This document shows positions 29,625 through 40,361 of a DNA stretch of 64,000 bases, piece by piece (the first letter of the stretch is position 1; every line of letters starts with the position of its first letter). This stretch comes from Candidatus Methanomethylicia archaeon. GTDB lineage: Archaea > Thermoproteota > Methanomethylicia > Culexarchaeales > Culexarchaeaceae. Below the pieces are notes generated by a model that was given only the letters and a program-made list of their open reading frames with translations, was not told the DNA's origin and searched no databases. The position numbers and the translations under genes were made by a program. The stretch lies in assembly GCA_038727515.1 (NCBI GenBank), contig JAVYVS010000002.1, positions 192,001 to 256,000 on the forward strand, given 5' to 3'.

Positions 29625-31229
29625 TTATTTAGGTCTTTCTAGAACTTTTCCAGGTAGTTTCCCTGTATGTTCTCCATCTTTTATGACTATTTCACCATTT
29701 ACTATTACATATTTTATTCCCTTTGGATATTGGTGTGGATTTTCAAAGGTTGCTGTATCAATTATAGTCTTTTTATCAAATATCACTATATCAGCGTAGA
29801 AACCTTTTCTTATTAATCCTCTATCCTTTAAACCGAGTTTATTTGCTGGTGTTGAAGTCATCTTTTTAATTGCTTCTTCAATACTTATCAGCTTCATATC
29901 TCTAGCATATCTACCAATTATTCTTGGGAAAGTTCCATAACTTCTTGGATGCGGTTTACCTCTTCCAAGAGGTTCATATGGTGCTATACTTGATCCATCT
30001 GTTCCAACCATTGTATATGGACTCTTCAATGCCTGTATCATATCTTCTTCCCTCATCATATGAAGTATTATCTGCACCCTCCCCTCTTCTTCTATTATTA
30101 AGTCAAAGGCTTGATCATAGGGATCTTTATTATTCATTTTTGCTATTTCACTTATACTTAATCCCTCATATTGCTTATTCTTTTCACATGAGGCTACAAT
30201 TATTCTATCCCATCCAGCTAGATTTGCAAGATTCTCCCATCCCTCCAGTTTCGTTTCTATATCTAGTTTAATTTTTGCTCTTTGCTCAGGGTCTTTTAAT
30301 CTTTTAATCATTTCTTCTATTCCACCCACATGTGCCCATGGTGGTATACATGCCGTTAAACTTGTACTTCCAGCTGTATATGGATAGAAGTCTGCTGTTA
30401 CATCTATTCCTTCTTCTCTTGCTTCTTCAATTAATTTTATTGCTTCATTAATCTTCCCCCAATTTCTAACTCCCGCTGATTTTAGATGTGATATTTCAAC
30501 TCTTATACCTGCTTCTCTACCTATCCTTATGGCTTCTTTTACTGCTTCTATTAAGTGATCTGCTTCACTCCTTATGTGCGATGAATATAATCCACCATAT
30601 TTTGCAGCTACCTTTGCTAATTCAATTATTTCTTCAGTTTCCGCATAGCTTCCAGGTGTATATATTAATCCTGTTGATAACCCGAAGGCTCCATCCCTCA
30701 TTGATTCATCTAATAAATTCTTCATTTCTTCAAGCTCCTCTTTTGTTGGCTTTCTATTTTCATATCCCATTACATTAATTCTAAGAGTTCCATGCCCTAT
30801 TAGTGGAGCTACGTTTAATGCTATTCCACTCCTATTAAGTTTTTCTTTATATTCTTTAAATGTCGACCAATCCCACGTTATGTATTGCGCTAATTCACCA
30901 AGTCTTTTTTTGAATATATCCCTCTTATCTGGTAGTATTGGTGCCATACTTGAACCACAATTTCCAATAACCTCTAATGTTACTCCTTGTCTAATTTTAC
31001 TTTCAGCTTTTGGATTTATGAGTAGAGTTGAATCTGAATGACTATGCATATCTATAAATCCAGGTGAAACTATTAATCCCTCAGCATCTATAACATGTTC
31101 ACCAATTTTAAATTTCCCTTTTCTCTTTATTTCCACTATTTTACCATTTCTTATTGCTATACTTCCATGATACCATGGGCTTCCAGTTCCATCAATTATC
31201 TTTGCATTGTTTATAATTATATCGTACAT
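29625..31229 (-). CDS. N-acyl-D-amino-acid deacylase (D-aminoacylase)
   Basis: PGFIDMHSHSD, GNCG, GLSTGLIYTPG, HIRSE, SHLK, YPYTAGST, GTDG, PHPRSYGTFPR. Confidence 0.9.
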   Translation of the reverse strand: MYDIIINNAKIIDGTGSPWYHGSIAIRNGKIVEIKRKGKFKIGEHVIDAEGLIVSPGFIDMHSHSDSTLLINPKAESKIRQGVTLEVIGNCGSSMAPILPDKRDIFKKRLGELAQYITWDWSTFKEYKEKLNRSGIALNVAPLIGHGTLRINVMGYENRKPTKEELEEMKNLLDESMRDGAFGLSTGLIYTPGSYAETEEIIELAKVAAKYGGLYSSHIRSEADHLIEAVKEAIRIGREAGIRVEISHLKSAGVRNWGKINEAIKLIEEAREEGIDVTADFYPYTAGSTSLTACIPPWAHVGGIEEMIKRLKDPEQRAKIKLDIETKLEGWENLANLAGWDRIIVASCEKNKQYEGLSISEIAKMNNKDPYDQAFDLIIEEEGRVQIILHMMREEDMIQALKSPYTMVGTDGSSIAPYEPLGRGKPHPRSYGTFPRIIGRYARDMKLISIEEAIKKMTSTPANKLGLKDRGLIRKGFYADIVIFDKKTIIDTATFENPHQYPKGIKYVIVNGEIVIKDGEHTGKLPGKVLERPK

Positions 31230-31323
31230 TTAATTCACCAAAACAATCTATACATTAAATTATATATTTCACTTCCGACTTGATATTTGGTTAAATTTAA
31301 ATTATGATTGTTGATAGATTTTT

Positions 31324-32949
31324 ATGATATTCATGGTAGGTTTAAATGCTGATTTAGTTTTGGTTAATGGTAAAATATATTCTATGAATGATAATAATGA
31401 TGTTTATGAGGCTTTAGCCGTTAAAGATGGTAAAATTGTTTTCACCGGTTCTTCTAGGGATGTTAAGGGTTTTATAGGTGATAAAACTCTAGTTATTGAT
31501 TTAAATGGTAAGACTGTTCTACCTGGTTTTATAGATACTCATATACATTTTGTTGGTGTTGGTCTTTCAATTATGATGATTGATCTTAGGGATGTTAAAT
31601 CTATTGGAGAGTTTAAGGATAAGGTTGAAAAAGTTGTTAAAGAAGTTGGAGAGGGAAAATGGATTTTAGGTAGAGGTTGGGATCAGGATAAGTTTATTGA
31701 GAAACGTTATCCCAATAGATGGGATTTAGATGAAGTAGCTCCGAGAAATCCAGTGTTTTTAAGGAGGGTTTGTGGACATATTGCAATAGCTAATTCTCTA
31801 GCTTTAAAACTCGCTGGAATTGATAAAAATACTCCAGATCCTGAAGGGGGTAAGATTGATAGAGATGAAGGAGGTGAGCCAACTGGTATTTTGAGAGAAT
31901 CTGCTATGAGGCTTGTATGGTCTAAGATCCCTCCTCCCTCAATAGATGATTATGTTAAAGCTATAGAGCTTGCATGTAATGAAGCTTTATCCCATGGTAT
32001 AACTACTGTTCATTTTGTTTCAACAACCCCCGAAGAGATTGAAGCTTTACAAATTGCTAGAGCTCTTGGGAAACTTAAAGTTAGAGTATGCCTATATATT
32101 TCAGCTGAATATTTAGATTATATATCTAAATTAAAATTGAAACGTGGTTTTGGAGATTACTTTTTAAAGATTAATGGTGTAAAAACTTTGGTAGATGGAT
32201 CTCTCGGTGCTAGAACTGCTGCTTTAAGAGCTCCATACAATGATGATCCAAAAACTAAGGGTATCCTAGTATTATCCTATGAAAAGCTTAAGGATATAGT
32301 ATTGAAAGCTAATAGCTGTGGATTACAAATTGCTGTACATGCTATTGGAGATATGGCTATTGAAATGGTTCTAAATGTTTTTAGAGAAGTTTTATCTATG
32401 CATCCCACCTATGATCATAGACATAGAATTGAACATGCATCAATAATTTCCCCAGAATTAATTGAACTTATGAATAAGCTAGGTATATGTGCATCTGTAC
32501 AACCTAGATTTATAATATCTGATTTTTGGGCTGTGGATAGAGTTGGAGTTGAAAGGGCTAAATGGGTTTACCCATTCAATAGCATGCTTAAATCAGGTTT
32601 GAAAATTGCAGGTGGATCTGATTGTCCAGTGGATCCATTAGACCCATTATATCAGATCTATTCAGCTGTAACTAGAGGTAAATATGAGAACATTGAATTA
32701 TACAATTATACTAGGGATGAATGTTTAACACCACTGGAAGCTATTAAATTGTTTACTAGGAATGCAGCATATATTGGTTTTGAAGAAGATGTTAAAGGTA
32801 GTATTGATGTGGGAAAGTTTGCGGATATGGTTATTCTGTCTGATGATCCTTTAACTGTTAATGAAAGTATGATTAAAGATATAAAGGTTTTAGCAACTTT
32901 TGTTGATGGAAAACTTGTTTACAAATCTAGTGTGGAATGTTTTAAATAA
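31324..32949 (+). CDS. YtcJ-like amidohydrolase (amidohydrolase_3)
   Basis: PGFIDTHIH, DGSLGARTA, HAIGD, RIEHAS, GSDCP, GKFAD. Confidence 0.9.
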   Translation: MIFMVGLNADLVLVNGKIYSMNDNNDVYEALAVKDGKIVFTGSSRDVKGFIGDKTLVIDLNGKTVLPGFIDTHIHFVGVGLSIMMIDLRDVKSIGEFKDKVEKVVKEVGEGKWILGRGWDQDKFIEKRYPNRWDLDEVAPRNPVFLRRVCGHIAIANSLALKLAGIDKNTPDPEGGKIDRDEGGEPTGILRESAMRLVWSKIPPPSIDDYVKAIELACNEALSHGITTVHFVSTTPEEIEALQIARALGKLKVRVCLYISAEYLDYISKLKLKRGFGDYFLKINGVKTLVDGSLGARTAALRAPYNDDPKTKGILVLSYEKLKDIVLKANSCGLQIAVHAIGDMAIEMVLNVFREVLSMHPTYDHRHRIEHASIISPELIELMNKLGICASVQPRFIISDFWAVDRVGVERAKWVYPFNSMLKSGLKIAGGSDCPVDPLDPLYQIYSAVTRGKYENIELYNYTRDECLTPLEAIKLFTRNAAYIGFEEDVKGSIDVGKFADMVILSDDPLTVNESMIKDIKVLATFVDGKLVYKSSVECFK

Positions 32950-32979
32950 TTCTATCACGATTTTATTTTGGTGTAGTTT

Positions 32980-34335
32980 ATGAGTGAACTCGATGTCCCT
33001 AAGATTGTAGTTACACCTCCAGGTCCAAAGGCTAAAATGATTATTGAGAATGATGAAAGATTTTTAATGCAATCTTTCGTACGTTGGTATCCCTTGGTAT
33101 TAGAGGAAGCTAAAGATTGTATATTAATTGATGTTGATGGTAACAAATATATTGATTTGAATGCTGGTATTGCTGTTACATCTGTCGGTCACTGTCACCC
33201 TAAAGTTGTAGAGGCTATTAAGAAGCAAGCTGAAAAATATTTGCATTATTCATTAACAGACTTTTATTATGATCCTGCAGTTACATTAGCTAAAAAGCTT
33301 ATTGAAATAACCCCTGGAAATTTCCCTAAGAAGGTCTTCTTCTGTAATAGTGGTGCTGAAGCTGTTGAAGGTGCATTGAAGGTTGCTAGAGGATATTTTA
33401 AGGGTTCTAGACCATACATTATTGCATATATAGGTTCATTTCATGGTAGATTATTTGGAACCATGGCTTTGACATCTAGTAAAATTGCTCAACGTAAAGG
33501 GTTTGCACCATTACTTCCATGTGTTGAACATGTCCCATATCCATATTGTTATAGATGTCCTTGGAAACAAAATTACCCTGAATGTGGTTATTGGTGTGTT
33601 GATTTCATTGATGAATACTACTTTAAGAAATTTGTTCCACCAGATGAAACTTGTTGTATAGTTTTCGAACCTATTTTAGGTGAAGGTGGATATGTTGTTC
33701 CACCGCCTGAATACTGGAATAGGATAAGGAAGTTATGTGATAATTATGGAATACTCATGATATCAGATGAAGTTCAATCTGGGGTTGGTAGAACTGGTAG
33801 ATGGTTTGCAATAGAACATTGGAATGTTGTCCCAGATATTATAACTGTTGCTAAGGGTATTGCAGCTGGACTTCCATTAGGTGCAATAATTGGTAAAAGT
33901 GATTTAATGTCTCTATCAAGGGGTAGTCATGCATCTACATTTGGAGGCAATCCAGTTTCATGTGCTGCTGCATCAACTGTTATTGATATAATTAGAGATG
34001 AAAAATTAATGGATAATGCTGTAAAAGTTGGAGATTACACTCTCAAGAGATTTAGAGAAATGGCTGAGAAAATCGAGCTTATAGGTGATGTTAGAGGTAA
34101 AGGCCTTATGATTGGAGTTGAACTTGTTAAAGATAGACGTAGTAAGGAGCCTGCTATTAAAGAGCTTGAAACTGTTTTAATGGAATGTTTTAAACGTGGT
34201 ATTGCAGTTATTGGTAGTGGTATTTCTTCTATTAGGATTTCTCCTCCATTAACCATATCCATTGAGCTCATGGATAAAGCTTTAAACATTATTGAATCAG
34301 TTTTATTTGAAGTGTCTAAAAAGTATTCAAAATAG
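32980..34335 (+). CDS. Class III PLP aminotransferase (ornithine/4-aminobutyrate omega-aminotransferase-like)
   Basis: NSGAEAVE, SFHGR, EPILGEGGY, DEVQSGVGRTG, AKG, STFGGNP. Confidence 0.9.
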   Translation: MSELDVPKIVVTPPGPKAKMIIENDERFLMQSFVRWYPLVLEEAKDCILIDVDGNKYIDLNAGIAVTSVGHCHPKVVEAIKKQAEKYLHYSLTDFYYDPAVTLAKKLIEITPGNFPKKVFFCNSGAEAVEGALKVARGYFKGSRPYIIAYIGSFHGRLFGTMALTSSKIAQRKGFAPLLPCVEHVPYPYCYRCPWKQNYPECGYWCVDFIDEYYFKKFVPPDETCCIVFEPILGEGGYVVPPPEYWNRIRKLCDNYGILMISDEVQSGVGRTGRWFAIEHWNVVPDIITVAKGIAAGLPLGAIIGKSDLMSLSRGSHASTFGGNPVSCAAASTVIDIIRDEKLMDNAVKVGDYTLKRFREMAEKIELIGDVRGKGLMIGVELVKDRRSKEPAIKELETVLMECFKRGIAVIGSGISSIRISPPLTISIELMDKALNIIESVLFEVSKKYSK

Positions 34336-35655
34336 TTCTTCTATCTTTCTTTTTATCTCATTTATATTTTTTGAAATATCTTTTTCGTTGATCTTCTTCA
34401 TATCCATAATTATACTTATAGCTTCTCTACCCCTCTCCATACCCTTAGGCATTCCATACATTTCTATTAATTCATTCTTCAATATGATCAATGCCATCAA
34501 CATTTTCTTCTTTAATTTTGCCTCTATTTCATATATCTTTAACCTATTATATCCATATTCTATTCCATCAATTATACTCTCAGTAAATTCTTCATATACA
34601 TTTATGGGTTTATAATATCCTCCATGGAGGCTTAATATTTCATCAAACATTTGAAAACCTTCTGGTGTATGTATTTGAGAAAGTATTTCTTGTGCATTTA
34701 ATATTGTGGTTCCTTTAACTTGATGGAAAACAAATTTTTCAGCTGAAGGTAGTGGATTCATAACATGCCATAATGCATAATACTCTTCCAATTTCATTTT
34801 TTCTAATTCCTTTCCACTAAGCTTTCTAGTTAAGTGGAAGTCTGTTATATATGTTTTATCAAATCCTACTACATGATTTGCTAAATGGGAATTTGTGTAA
34901 ATCCCCATTCCACTGGGATCTAGTATTGTTCCATGTATTATTCCATTATCATGTAGAAGTCTCAGATTGTATCCACATGATGAGCCAAGCCATTTTAGAT
35001 ATGCTTTAACTTCTTTGACATTAATGATTTTCTCAATTTTTGGGATCAATAATCCATAGAGAATTTCATCAACCCTTATATCGTTAATATTCCTATAGAA
35101 TACACATGCACCTTTAACTATCTTCTCTGATTTTTCAATTAACCTTAAGATTTCTTCTCGTTCACCACTTGCAATCTTATTTGCAAGTTCATATCTATTT
35201 TGCATTTCTAGTAACTTTATTTTTTCATATAATCCTATGCCTATAGGTTCTGGTGATGGTATATTAAGATCCTTTAGCATTAACATGTTCTCCACTTCTT
35301 TTTCTGCTTCATTGATGTCCATGAATCCCCATATTAATTGCCCTGTTCCAATGAATTCTTTCGTGAAATAATATGTGTATATGGTATTTTCCCTATATAT
35401 TGGTCTTACACCTTTAAATGGTATTCCAATACCCTTCAACTTTACTATATATTCATCGTAAACTTTAATTGTAGATCTAAATCCACTGGTAAACCCTTTT
35501 TCACTAGGTAATTTATCGCTTGTTTCACAAAGTATTGGTAGTTTATTTTTTTCATGAGGATACAATTCTGGTCTTATAAGTTTTGTTTCACCATCAATCA
35601 AATAATACTCTATTGGTTCCCCTCTAAGTTTTTGTATAATCCCCTTTAATTCCAT
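34327..35655 (-). CDS. Hypothetical protein with probable protein-kinase-like fold, catalytic Asp absent
   Basis: VKLKG (beta3 Lys), E-rich helix, IPSPEPIG, LHDNGIIHG...NSHLAN...ITDF. Confidence 0.55.
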   Translation of the reverse strand: MELKGIIQKLRGEPIEYYLIDGETKLIRPELYPHEKNKLPILCETSDKLPSEKGFTSGFRSTIKVYDEYIVKLKGIGIPFKGVRPIYRENTIYTYYFTKEFIGTGQLIWGFMDINEAEKEVENMLMLKDLNIPSPEPIGIGLYEKIKLLEMQNRYELANKIASGEREEILRLIEKSEKIVKGACVFYRNINDIRVDEILYGLLIPKIEKIINVKEVKAYLKWLGSSCGYNLRLLHDNGIIHGTILDPSGMGIYTNSHLANHVVGFDKTYITDFHLTRKLSGKELEKMKLEEYYALWHVMNPLPSAEKFVFHQVKGTTILNAQEILSQIHTPEGFQMFDEILSLHGGYYKPINVYEEFTESIIDGIEYGYNRLKIYEIEAKLKKKMLMALIILKNELIEMYGMPKGMERGREAISIIMDMKKINEKDISKNINEIKRKIEELF

Positions 35656-35737
35656 ATTATCTATCCAGTATATTATTTGGGTTTTAAATATTTGTTACGT
35701 TTATTTATTCATTTTAAGATATTTTTGGTGAATATAC

Positions 35738-36841
35738 ATGGGTAGAATTAGAGTTAGAGATTTTGGTTTAGAGATAGGTAGTTTGGATCCTGGTCCCACA
35801 AATTCAATAGTTGATGTTGAAGGGGTAATGATAGGTCATTGTACATTAATTTATGGTGAAGGTAAGTTAGAGCCGGGTAAAGGTCCTGTTAGAACTGGTG
35901 TAACCATTGTTTTTCCTCATGAAGATAAAAATGTATTTAAACAGAAGGTTTTTGCAAGTTCCTATGTCATTAATGGTTTTGGTAAACCTATTGGTTTAGT
36001 TCAACTTAATGAACTTGGGCAATTGGAAACCCCTATAGCTTTAACTAATACACTTAATGTTGGAATTGTTGCTGATGCCATAATAGAGTATATGCTTGAT
36101 TTAAATCCAGATATAGGTGTAACCACTGGTACAGTTAATCCAGTTGTACTTGAATGTAATGATAGTTTCTTAAATGATATTCGTGGTAGACATGTAAAGC
36201 ATCAACATGTATATGAAGCTATTAGAAATGCATCATCTAAACAAGTTATTGAGGGAGCTGTAGGCGCTGGTACTGGTATGTCTTGTTTTGAATTTAAAGG
36301 TGGTATAGGTTCTTCCTCTAGAAGACTCCCTAAAGAGGTTGGGGGATATACTGTTGGTGTACTTGTACTTTCCAATTTTGGTCGTAGGACTGATTTGATT
36401 ATAGCTGGAGTTCCAGTGGGACGTGAATTAAAGGATTATGGTTTATCTAAACCTCAAGATGGGGGGTCAATAGTTATAATTGTTGCAACAGATGCACCAT
36501 TAACCCCTAGACAGCTTAATAGATTGGCTAAACGTGCAACACATGGTCTTGCTCGAACTGGAAGTTATTCATCCCATGGAAGTGGTGATTTTGTAATTGC
36601 ATTTTCAACAGCTTATAAAATTCCACATTATGAAGAATCGATCACATACAATATTAATGTGTTAAGTGAAAGTTATATGTCGTATATGTTTAGAGCTGTT
36701 GTTGAAGCTGTTGAAGAAGCTATATTGAATTCAATGTTTATGGCGAAAACTATGGTTGGTAGAGATAACAATGTTAGATATGCTATACCATTAGATAAAG
36801 TCGAAGAAATACTTGTAAAATATAATGTTTTGAAACGTTGA
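35738..36841 (+). CDS. P1/S58 family aminopeptidase (DmpA-like)
   Basis: NSIVDVEGVMIGH, RTGVT, NGFGK, PVVLECNDS, GAGTGM, KGGIG, G-S autocleavage site (DGGSI), GSGD. Confidence 0.9.
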   Translation: MGRIRVRDFGLEIGSLDPGPTNSIVDVEGVMIGHCTLIYGEGKLEPGKGPVRTGVTIVFPHEDKNVFKQKVFASSYVINGFGKPIGLVQLNELGQLETPIALTNTLNVGIVADAIIEYMLDLNPDIGVTTGTVNPVVLECNDSFLNDIRGRHVKHQHVYEAIRNASSKQVIEGAVGAGTGMSCFEFKGGIGSSSRRLPKEVGGYTVGVLVLSNFGRRTDLIIAGVPVGRELKDYGLSKPQDGGSIVIIVATDAPLTPRQLNRLAKRATHGLARTGSYSSHGSGDFVIAFSTAYKIPHYEESITYNINVLSESYMSYMFRAVVEAVEEAILNSMFMAKTMVGRDNNVRYAIPLDKVEEILVKYNVLKR

Positions 36842-36847
36842 AAATAA

Positions 36848-38017
36848 CTAAATATTACCCCATTTTTCCGATATCTTTTTCAAATTTTTAAAAGCCATTA
36901 TTTTGCCCTTCTCATTTTTCCTTATAGCTTCTATTATTGTTCTTAATTCTAGTATTACATCATCATAATGCTTTTTGGATATTGGATATGGTACTCCATC
37001 TTTTCCACCAACTGCATAAGACCACTTTATTGGGTCGTATATATGGGTTACAGGATCTCTTTTTGATGGGGGGTCATTATATATTAGTTCTGAAATTAAT
37101 GATAAAGCCCTTAACATGCTTGGTCCCACTCCATGTTGCAATAAGAATTCCTTAAAATCTCTAACATTCACTTTATAGATTTCTTCAAGTTTCTTCCAAT
37201 TTATTTCCTTCTCATTAATTGGTTTGTAGAAAACTTTTATACGTATTGTTGTTTCATGGCCCCCTATATTATTAACCCATTTATCTAGTTTCTCACTTTT
37301 ATTTAGGATTCTATTTACTTCCATCAAATATGTCTTTATCCTATTTGGTTCTTCATTTATTAAATCCAGGATTGTCTTTCTAGTTTTATGGCTCTCTTTT
37401 GCCACTAGATTAAGTACTTCTTCAACTTTTATTGGGCATGATATTGCTGTATGTGGTTCTTCAACTAGATCCTTTATGTTTTTTGAATACCAATGATATC
37501 TTCTAGCAAATCTTGTTTCTATATTCATGCCTTGTTGGATTACACTCCAATCTCCACTTTTTGATATGAGCATTACATGATGATATAAGTTGAATCCATC
37601 TTGTACTGCTGAATTATCTATTTTTGCAACAAGTCTACTTACTTCTTTTAATTTATTTGTTAATTCTTCATTGAAATTGAACTTTTTAGATATGTTGTTT
37701 ATATCATCTAGTGTTTTAAGACTTTTCCTACCTTTACCACCAGCTATAGCTAAATTTATATCCATCTTTTCAAGAGCTTCCCTCAATACACCACATGTTA
37801 CAGTAGTAGATCCAGAAGAATGCCAATCAAATCCTAAAACATTGCTAAAGGCTTGAAACCAAAGGGGGTTACTAATTCTCTCCATTATCTTTATTTCCCC
37901 AAATTCATTATACATTATCTCAAGAATTTCAGAAGCTAAATTTACCATTCTATTAAATAACCATCGTGGAGCTACACCATAATGTAATGGTAATTCTGCT
38001 ATACCATATATTCCCAT
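36848..38017 (-). CDS. DUF763 domain protein
   Basis: LPLHYG, WFQAF, FDWHSSGSTT, QDGFNLYHH, QQGMN, ARRYHW, GGKDGVPYP. Confidence 0.9.
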   Translation of the reverse strand: MGIYGIAELPLHYGVAPRWLFNRMVNLASEILEIMYNEFGEIKIMERISNPLWFQAFSNVLGFDWHSSGSTTVTCGVLREALEKMDINLAIAGGKGRKSLKTLDDINNISKKFNFNEELTNKLKEVSRLVAKIDNSAVQDGFNLYHHVMLISKSGDWSVIQQGMNIETRFARRYHWYSKNIKDLVEEPHTAISCPIKVEEVLNLVAKESHKTRKTILDLINEEPNRIKTYLMEVNRILNKSEKLDKWVNNIGGHETTIRIKVFYKPINEKEINWKKLEEIYKVNVRDFKEFLLQHGVGPSMLRALSLISELIYNDPPSKRDPVTHIYDPIKWSYAVGGKDGVPYPISKKHYDDVILELRTIIEAIRKNEKGKIMAFKNLKKISEKWGNI

Positions 38018-38058
38018 AATAAATTTATCACACCTAAATTACTCTTACAATTTTAACT

Positions 38059-38460
38059 TTAAAACTCTTCTTCTAATATTCCAGATAATTCCTCTATTCT
38101 CCTCCTATCTTCTTCAAACATAGCCTTCCTAAGTTTATTCTTTAAAGTTTTCTCTATTGTTAAACCATATCCTTCAAGCAGCATTTCTATCTTTTTATTT
38201 AGTTTTTCTCCTTCTTCATCAAAATCCATTAATACCACTACTCTAAACCCCCTACACTTCTCTTTAATCTCTTCCACAATTTCAAACAATGGCTTATGCA
38301 TTTCTCCAATGGCTATTATCTGAGATTTGCATCCAAGCTTCATTAACACTTCTCTATCCCTTTTCCCTTCAACTATTATTAAATCAACATTTTCATCTAA
38401 AGTCTTTAAAATCTCCTCTATCTCCAATCTCCTCTCTAAAACCTTTCTTGATATCTTCAT
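38059..38460 (-). CDS. Small TOPRIM-domain protein (RNase M5-like)
   Basis: IIVEGKRD and LMDFDEEG TOPRIM motifs. Confidence 0.85.
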   Translation of the reverse strand: MKISRKVLERRLEIEEILKTLDENVDLIIVEGKRDREVLMKLGCKSQIIAIGEMHKPLFEIVEEIKEKCRGFRVVVLMDFDEEGEKLNKKIEMLLEGYGLTIEKTLKNKLRKAMFEEDRRRIEELSGILEEEF

Positions 38461-38991
38461 TTACTTCTTCCTCGCATGGTAGAGTATATGTTTAACTTCT
38501 GGGAAGAGTAGTTTCTCTAAAGCTAGCGTAACCGCTTTTTGCGATCCAGGTATTGCAGCTACTAATACTCCTTTAAATAAGCCTGCAATAGCCCTAGACA
38601 TTATTGCTGCTGCCCCTATCTCCCTATAACTTAACATTCTAAATATTTCTCCAAATCCATCAATTCTCTTATCCAAAATATTCTGTAATACTTCACATGT
38701 TACATCCGTTTGACTTAATCCAGTTCCACCTATGAATATTATCATATCACTCCCCATTTCAACCTTATTAAATAACTCTTCTCTAATCATTTTTTCATTA
38801 TCTGGAATTACTTCTTTACATAAAACTTTAAACCCATATTTTTCAGCTATTTTTACAGCTTCTTCTCCAGATTCATCTTTAAATTCTTCCCCACGGATCT
38901 TCTTTTCATATCTCGAAGTACTTACAACAATTATTGAAACCTTCACTTCTAAAACTTCTTTTAATGCTTCTTCTTTATGTTCCATCGACAT
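38461..38991 (-). CDS. moaB: MoaB/MogA molybdopterin adenylyltransferase
   Basis: DESG, GGTGLSQTDVT, GFGEIFR, SRAIAG, PGS. Confidence 0.88.
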   Translation of the reverse strand: MSMEHKEEALKEVLEVKVSIIVVSTSRYEKKIRGEEFKDESGEEAVKIAEKYGFKVLCKEVIPDNEKMIREELFNKVEMGSDMIIFIGGTGLSQTDVTCEVLQNILDKRIDGFGEIFRMLSYREIGAAAIMSRAIAGLFKGVLVAAIPGSQKAVTLALEKLLFPEVKHILYHARKK

Positions 38992-39951
38992 TTAATTACA
39001 CCTCCTATAAATCCTAGTTCCAGTTTTACCTTCTAAAGCTTCTAGAGCTTTTTCAAGTGAGGTTATTATTGCCAATTCCCCTCCCCACTCTATAAACCTT
39101 ATACATGCTTGGATTTTTGGACCCATGCTTCCTGGTGGAAAATGACCTTCCTCATAATATTTTTTCGCTTCTTCTAAACTCATTTCATCAATTTCAATCT
39201 CATTTGGTTTTCCAAAGTTTAGTTTAACCTTTTCTACATCTGTTAATATCAATAGTATGTCTGCATTAATCATTTCTGCAAGTTTTTCACCAGCTAAATC
39301 TTTATCTATTACTGCTTCTACTCCAACATAGTTTCCATCTTCTAATAATACTGGTATTCCTCCTCCACCAGATGCTATAACTATTACTCCTTCATCTACA
39401 AGTTTCTTTACAATCTTTCCCTCCAATATCCTTACTGGTTCCGGGGATGGTACAACCCTTCTATACACTTTTCCTTCTCCTGGTTTTACCTTTTTGATTA
39501 TTATCCCCCTTATTTCCATCATCTTTCTTTCAGCTTCTTTTAAATCATAGAATGGTCCTATGGGTTTTGTTGGGTCTTTAAATGCGGGGTCACTTTTATC
39601 TACTTCTACCTGTGTTATTATGGTTACGATATCTCTATGAATTCCATTCTTTACAAGGATGTTTCTTAAGGTTCTTTGTATTAAATATCCTATTTGTCCC
39701 TGCGTCATAGCCCCCAATACATCTAAGGGTTGTGGTGGTATTTCATTTGATGCTAATTCTTGCTGTATTAGTAAGTTTCCCACTTGTGGACCATTTCCAT
39801 GTGTTATTACTATATCATAACCGGCTTTTATCAATTTCATTAATTGTTCACATGTATTTTCAATATTTTTTAATTGTTCTTCGTAAGTTCCAATTTCTTC
39901 AGCTTTCTTTATTGCATTTCCACCCAGTGCCACTAGAACTCTCTTTTTCAT
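38992..39951 (-). CDS. arcC: Carbamate kinase
   Basis: ALGGNA, THGNGPQVG, PTKPIGP, RRVVPSPEP, GGGGIPV, EAVIDKD, GSMGPK. Confidence 0.95.
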   Translation of the reverse strand: MKKRVLVALGGNAIKKAEEIGTYEEQLKNIENTCEQLMKLIKAGYDIVITHGNGPQVGNLLIQQELASNEIPPQPLDVLGAMTQGQIGYLIQRTLRNILVKNGIHRDIVTIITQVEVDKSDPAFKDPTKPIGPFYDLKEAERKMMEIRGIIIKKVKPGEGKVYRRVVPSPEPVRILEGKIVKKLVDEGVIVIASGGGGIPVLLEDGNYVGVEAVIDKDLAGEKLAEMINADILLILTDVEKVKLNFGKPNEIEIDEMSLEEAKKYYEEGHFPPGSMGPKIQACIRFIEWGGELAIITSLEKALEALEGKTGTRIYRRCN

Positions 39952-40037
39952 TTATCAACACCTATAGTTTTGTTGAGACAAAATCATTTATTTTAATAGG
40001 AGTATATTAATGTTATAGTAGTAAAATGGTGAAATAA

Positions 40038-40361
40038 TTGTCTAAAGTTGGTTATGGGTCTATATCTATTGCCATAGTTTTTATATGCTCTGGACTTATT
40101 TTGATATTATCTTTTGTAGGTATTCCAATGGACTTCTTTACTTCCTTTTCAATTATTCTATTATCTCTAGCTTTTTGGACTTTGATTTATGGGTTTAAAT
40201 TTGGTGGTGGAGATAGATTTTGGATTGTTAATGGCTTATTTCTACTAATTCTTTCAGCTTCACTACTTTCATATTCTATTTTTCATTCTCTCATAGTATC
40301 GTTTAGCATATTATTGATATGCATTGGAGCAATAATAATTCTAGCTAGTCGTAGTAGATAA
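40038..40361 (+). CDS. Hypothetical 4-TM membrane protein
   Basis: 107 aa, four hydrophobic segments, GGTGA RBS upstream. Confidence 0.7.
   Translation: MSKVGYGSISIAIVFICSGLILILSFVGIPMDFFTSFSIILLSLAFWTLIYGFKFGGGDRFWIVNGLFLLILSASLLSYSIFHSLIVSFSILLICIGAIIILASRSR

Noticed and set aside
32980-34335. Class III PLP enzyme as an amino-acid racemase of the D-amino-acid cluster
   Set aside because: It has EPILGEGG (Glu, transaminase type) rather than the Asp found at this position in class III racemases/epimerases.
34883-34910. A roughly 12-bp hairpin in the kinase-like ORF insert as a second BHB intron
   Set aside because: No 4-bp central helix with two 3-nt bulges could be built, and the ORF is uninterrupted.
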